A stretch of 64,000 nt of DNA. Origin: an uncultured Bacteroidota bacterium (GTDB lineage: Bacteria; Bacteroidota; Ignavibacteria; Kryptoniales; JAKASW01). The notes beneath the pieces were generated by a model. It was not told the origin of the DNA. It did no database searches and worked only from the letters and a program-made list of their open reading frames with translations. The DNA lies in NCBI GenBank assembly GCA_963790995.1, contig CAWBQQ010000001.1:2911380-2975379 (forward strand), written 5' to 3'. The position numbers were made by a program, and so were the translations under genes. Below are positions 58,694 through 64,000 of this stretch, in pieces. Numbering within the stretch: position 1 is the first letter of the stretch; each line of letters begins with the position of its first letter.

Positions 58694-61600
58694 CTACTTC
58701 TTAACGGAATCCTGAAGCTTGTTCCACTTTGCCAGCAGTCCGTCAAGCTTCTGCCTGTAGTCTTTATAAATCTCCATTTCTCCCTGCGTCGGTGCGGCGT
58801 CGGCACTCTGAACGGCTGTCGCAAGGCCTGCCATGACGCCCACGACTGACGATAAACTCGTTTTGTCGTTATCGGCAATAGCGGAAATGGAATCTGCCAA
58901 AGACTCGCTTGCTTTCTTCTCTTTAAGGATTTTCTTAGCAGCTTTATATGCCGATACTCCCTGTTCTAGTGCGGCATCGATCGACTCTGCCAGCGAAAGC
59001 TGCTCCTCGAGTGCGGACATGTTGACGTGGACGCGCGGATCAAGTTTGAGCGTGAAAGGCTGTGTATAATTTTTGCCGTCCACATCCAGAGTTGCGGTGT
59101 ATTCTCCTGGAAGGGTAAGAGGTCCTTCCGGATCGAGCGGTGTGCCCCCGTTATCTTCGTCTACCGTGGAGGCAGGCCAGACGGCTGCGATGTCGAACTC
59201 ATATTCGAGTGCAGGCGGCCGGGGATATTCTAAATCCCAAACGAAACGATGCGCACCGGCGGCTGCACTTAGATCTATGTCCGGCTGAATCCATCCCTTC
59301 TGGAAATATCTAAACTCAGACGGCAGCTTTTCCGGTTTCTCGTCGCTTGAGAATGTGCGAACGATTGTTCCCTTTGAATCGCGGATTGTCAGCGTGACCG
59401 GAATGGTCGAAGCCGCCTTGAGCCAGTAGTCAATGATTACGCCCGTGGGAGGGTTCTGTCCGAGCGGCGTCTCGGGAGGCCATGGCGTGTCTTTGTTCTC
59501 GTCGGCCCGAAGTCGAATTACTTCTGCCGGGTGAAAGAGATGAACGTTTTCCGATTGTAATAGCGTCATCTCTCGCAGTGGCTCGATGTCGTCAAGGATC
59601 CAGATGCCGCGGCCTTCCGTGCAGGCAACTAAATCGTTATCGTGAACCACCATATCCCGCACCGTCGTGGTCGGAAAGTTTATCGACAAAGGCTGCCAGC
59701 TCCAGCCGTTGTCGAACGAGACATAGACACTCCGATTAGTTCCGGCGAAGAGGAGTCCTTCCTTAACATTATCCGTTCGTACGACGTAAGTATGCTCATT
59801 TGAGGGAAGCCCGTTTGTAAGCGTCTCCCAAGTCCTGCCGTCATCGTTTGTCTTCAGAATTATCGGCTTCGAGTAACCGAGTCTTTCTGTGTTGACTGAA
59901 ACGTAAGCAGTGCTTGCCGAAAAAGGCGAAGCGTCAATCGAACTGATCGTTCCCCATAATGGCACGGCTGCCGGAGTGACATTCTTCCATTGTTTCCCGC
60001 CGTCCGTTGTCAATTGAATCAACCCATCGTCCGTACCGACCCATATCACTCCCTCCGAAATCGGGGAAGGAGCAATGCTAAAGATTACTCCGTATCCTGC
60101 ATCGCGCGCCTGCGTGCGGTCGGGATCGGCGAAGTCCTTTGCACCGGTTTGGTTGCCCGTCAGGTCGGGGCTTATGACTTGCCATCGATTACCGTCGTCG
60201 GTCGATCTGAACAAGAATTGGTTGCCGAAATATAATGCGTGTTTTCCGATCGGGGAAAAAACCAGCGGCGTCAGCCACGTGTACCTGTACTTGACGGTGG
60301 ACTCTCTCAGCCCGTAGCTTGACATGGGCCATGGCGAAATGTCCGCAACCTGCCGCGTAATCTCGTCGAAACGTGAGACATGTCCGCCGAGTCCGCTTCC
60401 GAATACCAAATCCGGATCGCCCGGCTTCGGTATATCATAATCGCGTTCGTCGCCGCCGACCGGATGCCAATCGCGGTCTTCGATGACTCCATTTGGTCCC
60501 CGGCTGAGTATGCCGACAGTGCCATTATCCTGCTGGCCGCTGTAAATCTTGTAAGGAAATTGGTCGTTGACGGCGACGTGATAAAACTGCCCGGTCGGCT
60601 GGTTGTACCAGCTTGACCAGCTTTTGCCACCATTGACGCTGACGACGCATCCCTGGTCGGAAGCCGTAATCATGTAATCGCCGCTGTAAGGGTTAATCCA
60701 GAGAAAATGGTAATCGTCGCCGCCCGGCGCGCCTTTGAACATTTCGAAGCTCTTTCCGCCGTCATCGGAGCGGTGAATGGAGCGATCCATGACGTAAACG
60801 ATGTCCGGGTTTTTAGGATCGACAGTAACCCGGCTGAAATAATTGTTGGCGAGATCTGCATCTTTGTTCACGAAGTTCCATGTGACGCCGCCGTCACTCG
60901 AGCGGTATAAACCGCTTTTGCCTTCCGAAGCTATAACAGTCGCATAAACAATTTGTCCGCTGCTTCCGCGCGCAACTCCGAGCCCGATGCGGCCGAGTGA
61001 GCTGTCGGGAAGTCCGCCGCCTTCGAGCTTCGCCCAGTGTGTCCCGCCGTCTGTGCTTTTGTAAATTCCTGATCCCGATCCTGACTGCGGCATGAAGTAG
61101 TCCAGCCATGGATGCATCTGCATTTGCCAGAGCGCGGCATAAACAACCGAAGGATGAAGTGGATCGAATGCGAGATCGACCGCTCCGGTGCTGTCGTTGA
61201 CATACAAGGTCTTTTGCCAGTCTTTTCCGCCATCCGTTGTCAGGTAGACTCCTCTCTCCGAATTCGGGGCGAAGATGTTCCCCAATGCGGCGACTAAAAC
61301 TTTTTGCGAGTCGTTCGGGTCGATCAGGATTCTTCCGATGTGCAGCGTTTTCTGCAGACCGACATCGCGCCAGCTTTTTCCACCGTCTTCGGATTTGTAA
61401 ACCCCGTCACCCGACGAAATGTCCCATCGAAAAGCCACCTGCCCCGTGCCGGCGTAAATTATATCCGGATTTGAAGGAGCAATATCGATTGCTCCGATTG
61501 ACGACGAGTTCTCATGCTGCATGAGCCCCTCCCATGTGCGACCGGCGTCCGTCGTTTTCCATATTCCGCCACCCGCGGCGCCGAAATAGAAAACCTCCGG

Positions 61601-61783
61601 CTCGTTCGGAATACCGACAGCCATCGTTGCCCAGCCGCCGCGAAAGGGTCCGACAAGTCGCCAATGCATGTCAGAATAAGTTTGAGGACTGATAGATTGC
61701 ACGCCTGCCGCGCCGCAGAGGGCACTCGAAATAATTACGCTTGATACGGATAATCCGTTGAGAAACCGTGAGAGGTGTTTCAT
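58694..61783 (-). CDS. BNR/Asp-box repeat protein, sortilin/VPS10- or GH74-like double beta-propeller
   Basis: The start is at MKHLSRFLNG.. (signal peptide). There are at least 11 S/T-x-D-x-G-x-x-W Asp-boxes, for example TTDAGRTWE, SEDGGKSWR, STDGGTHWA and TNDDGRTWE. The protein is about 1030 aa. Confidence 0.75.
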   Translation of the reverse strand: MKHLSRFLNGLSVSSVIISSALCGAAGVQSISPQTYSDMHWRLVGPFRGGWATMAVGIPNEPEVFYFGAAGGGIWKTTDAGRTWEGLMQHENSSSIGAIDIAPSNPDIIYAGTGQVAFRWDISSGDGVYKSEDGGKSWRDVGLQKTLHIGRILIDPNDSQKVLVAALGNIFAPNSERGVYLTTDGGKDWQKTLYVNDSTGAVDLAFDPLHPSVVYAALWQMQMHPWLDYFMPQSGSGSGIYKSTDGGTHWAKLEGGGLPDSSLGRIGLGVARGSSGQIVYATVIASEGKSGLYRSSDGGVTWNFVNKDADLANNYFSRVTVDPKNPDIVYVMDRSIHRSDDGGKSFEMFKGAPGGDDYHFLWINPYSGDYMITASDQGCVVSVNGGKSWSSWYNQPTGQFYHVAVNDQFPYKIYSGQQDNGTVGILSRGPNGVIEDRDWHPVGGDERDYDIPKPGDPDLVFGSGLGGHVSRFDEITRQVADISPWPMSSYGLRESTVKYRYTWLTPLVFSPIGKHALYFGNQFLFRSTDDGNRWQVISPDLTGNQTGAKDFADPDRTQARDAGYGVIFSIAPSPISEGVIWVGTDDGLIQLTTDGGKQWKNVTPAAVPLWGTISSIDASPFSASTAYVSVNTERLGYSKPIILKTNDDGRTWETLTNGLPSNEHTYVVRTDNVKEGLLFAGTNRSVYVSFDNGWSWQPLSINFPTTTVRDMVVHDNDLVACTEGRGIWILDDIEPLREMTLLQSENVHLFHPAEVIRLRADENKDTPWPPETPLGQNPPTGVIIDYWLKAASTIPVTLTIRDSKGTIVRTFSSDEKPEKLPSEFRYFQKGWIQPDIDLSAAAGAHRFVWDLEYPRPPALEYEFDIAAVWPASTVDEDNGGTPLDPEGPLTLPGEYTATLDVDGKNYTQPFTLKLDPRVHVNMSALEEQLSLAESIDAALEQGVSAYKAAKKILKEKKASESLADSISAIADNDKTSLSSVVGVMAGLATAVQSADAAPTQGEMEIYKDYRQKLDGLLAKWNKLQDSVKK

Positions 61784-62103
61784 AATGTATGTCTTTCGTT
61801 TACTTGTCAAAAAGATTCCGTTGGGAAAGGTGTACGAGATTAAAACGCCTTTGGAGATGGAACGGTTCCGAGAAACGATGAAGATGTTAAAGAGTATTTT
61901 TTTGCGTTTTGCGAGTCGCGGCGAAGAGAGCTGTTCGACCAAGAGGCCGGGTTTGATGAAGGTTCCTAAAGATTTGTTTAGAGATTCCGAATCAAAGAAT
62001 GACGTATGTCATTTCCTGTTTTCATCTTTTGAAAAATGTCAGAGCAGTAAACGATAATGAAAATCCCGATAATTGATTCTAAAAAACTGAAAGGAAAATA
62101 CCT

Positions 62104-62304
62104 ATGGCCGGGCAAGTCAAGGCATTAATTGACAAAATTATTACTGAACGCTCCAAAGGTAATCCAACGATAGTCGTTACCACAAGAACAAAACTCATTT
62201 TGAAAGGCATAGATCCGGATAAGTGGGACACGGCGTCACCGGACGATTTTCAAATGATAAGTAAGGTCAGGCAGGTCGCTCAAGAACTGGGCGTCAAATT
62301 ATGA
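62104..62304 (+). CDS. hypothetical small protein (66 aa)
   Basis: An ORF with a plausible RBS (GAAAGGAAAA) upstream of the FIST gene. No motif is recognised. Confidence 0.35.
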   Translation: MAGQVKALIDKIITERSKGNPTIVVTTRTKLILKGIDPDKWDTASPDDFQMISKVRQVAQELGVKL

Positions 62305-62353
62305 GATACATGATAATCCACCATCCATCTAAAAGTTTTACCAGGAGAAAGTT

Positions 62354-63461
62354 ATGTCAATAAAAACAGCGTACTCGACAAATCCTACTGTCGGAGATGC
62401 GGCTCACGAGATAGCAGCGGAAATAAAAGAAAGCGACCCGCGTGTTGTTTTACTATTTTCATCCACAAAGTATGAGCCGGCAGCTATTAGCGCAAAAGTT
62501 CAGGCGGCATTCAGCAACGCGATCGTTATCGGCGGGACGACTGCGGGAGAACTTGTCACGGGAAAGATGCTCAAGAATTCGGTCGTAGCAATGGGCATTG
62601 GGTCAGATATTATCGAAGATGCGGCGGTCGAAACGGTAATGGCGATCAAGTCTGAAAACCATGTGCCGGAAGCGTTCGCAGCCTTTGAAAAACATTTCAA
62701 CTTGAAGATGGTAGATATGGACCCGGCGAAATATGTCGGGCTGATCATCGTCGATGGAATGCAGGGCGCCGAAGAAAAGCTGATGGATAAAATCGGCGAT
62801 CTCACGAACATTACGTTTATCGGCGGATCGGCGGGTGACGATCTTGCATTCAAGCAGACGTTCGTTTTCGCGAACGGGAAATCGCTTTCTAATGCTGCCG
62901 TGCTTGTCGTACTGAAGGTCAAGAAAGGATTCGATGTAATAAAAACACAAAGCTTCTGTTCTATGAACAAGAGTCTTAAGGCAACGAAAGTGAACGAGCA
63001 AAACAGGACTGTTCTCGAGTTCAACGGCAAGCCTGCGATGGTTGCTTACGCCGAGGCTCTCGGAGTCGGGCCGGCTGAGAGCGGAAACTTTTTCATGAGC
63101 CATCCGCTCGGACTTATCGACCCGAACGGCGAGCCTTTTGTTCGCAGCCCGCAGCGGGTGAAAGATAATGCCATGGTCTTTTACTGCAATATCAAGGAGG
63201 ATACTGTGCTAAGCCTGCTGAAGTCCACCGATATTGTGAGCGACACGCGTAAGGCTGTCGATGATAAAGTGAGGTCGCTCGGCTCGGTCGAAGGCATAAT
63301 CAATTTCCACTGCATCCTCCGTACTCGAGCTTGAGCAGAAGAAACAGACGGAAGCATACGGCAAAGTTTTCTCTTCGATTCCCACGGTGGGGTTCAGTAC
63401 TTACGGCGAGGAGTACATCGGGCACATCAACCAGACCTCAACGATGCTCGTCTTCAAATAA
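62354..63461 (+). pseudogene. FIST-domain sensor protein, split by an apparent frameshift near 63315-63332
   Basis: ORF 62354-63334 covers FIST_N and most of FIST_C. The next frame continues ..LELEQKKQTEAYGKVFSSIPTVGFSTYGEEYIGHINQTSTMLVFK*, the typical FIST_C end (GF.TYGE....H.NQT), stopping at 63459-63461. Confidence 0.7.
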
Positions 63462-63481
63462 TATTTCCGAATGAGAATCGT

Positions 63482-63508
63482 GCCGGAGACTTCCGTCTCC
63501 GGCTTTTT
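63482..63508 (+). terminator. Rho-independent terminator after the FIST gene
   Basis: GCCGGAGAC-ttcc-GTCTCCGGC followed by TTTTT. Confidence 0.7.
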
Positions 63509-63814
63509 CTATATTTCCAGCCCCGCGGCAGTATTGCACTTTTACCATTTGCGAGTCAATGCGAAGGGGAGGTATGGTCTCAGTTTCAACTCTCAACCAT
63601 ATTCATGAGCCTTTTGACTGCAAAGCCTGGAAAGGCACGGTAAGTATTTTGTCGGTCATAGCAATTATAATCTTTGCGCGCCTTGGTGCCCTGCGCGGCT
63701 TATATGTTTCCCTTATGACTCACAAATCAAATTGAGACATCGCTGGAAGTAAGGTTTCAGCGAAGCGACTCTAATGATTTGTCTAAAAATTCCGAAATAA
63801 GGCAAGGAAGAAAT

Positions 63815-64000
63815 ATGAAGATATTGTTTTTGTTCATAATCGGCGCAAGTTTGACGCTTGACGGTTGCGGCGGAGGTCTTGACATGACTATGAAACCCAG
63901 CACCGGTTTCAAGCGGACATCGTCGGTAACAGTCAAAAGCGACAACTTTGACAGCGCTAACCTTCGACCTAAAATTGAATATGCCTTATTTAAAAATGGC
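63815..64000 (+). CDS. putative lipoprotein (3' end outside window)
   Basis: The ATG at 63815 lies behind AAGGAAG. MKILFLFIIGASLTLDGCGGG.. is a signal peptide with an imperfect lipobox. The frame is open to the window edge. Confidence 0.35.
   Translation, partial: MKILFLFIIGASLTLDGCGGGLDMTMKPSTGFKRTSSVTVKSDNFDSANLRPKIEYALFKNG

Overview
This 64-kb chromosomal window looks like it comes from an FCB-superphylum bacterium outside the Bacteroidetes, possibly Ignavibacteria-like. That guess is an inference from TTGACA-N17-TAAATT type promoters, CIRCE-controlled groESL, NPFNPST-type T9SS sorting tails and multihaem respiratory genes. Most of the window is ordinary. It holds a MacB-type ABC ATPase with three tandem FtsX permease paralogs, and a minus-strand cluster of ferredoxin-like, NfnAB-like, alanine dehydrogenase, CoA-transferase and MerR genes. 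It also holds groES-groEL, a XylR-type sigma-54 activator divergent from an M20 peptidase/acetate kinase operon, a TetR-MFP-RND efflux operon, and an arylamine N-acetyltransferase. Further on are a bioBFDA operon ending in a FabF-like condensing enzyme, a Rieske/cytochrome b operon with 11-haem and 4-haem cytochromes, secreted peptidases, T9SS cargo proteins, a GT-C-like membrane protein, a BNR/sortilin-like protein and a FIST protein. The main hunt result is a mosaic accessory island at about 47.9-53.2 kb. It contains an orphan antitoxin, a 47-codon methyltransferase stump, a decayed DUF2281-PIN pair and a small YodC-like gene with an internal stop, surrounding two intact units I cannot assign to any named family. 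The first is an AT-rich two-gene cassette (nuclease-like plus winged-helix protein, and a coupled 95-aa ORF) that starts exactly where the methyltransferase breaks. The second is a 418-aa protein with an unknown N-terminal region and a canonical PD-(D/E)xK C-terminal domain. Both are candidate uncharacterised defence or abortive-infection genes, which is inference only. A roughly 85-100-bp hairpin repeat occurs three times at the island's left side. One caveat applies throughout. At least four conserved genes (ald, RND pump, 11-haem cytochrome, FIST) are split at single sites, so either the consensus has indel errors or the lineage carries real pseudogenes. No CRISPR array, tRNA, rRNA, integrase or transposase gene was found.
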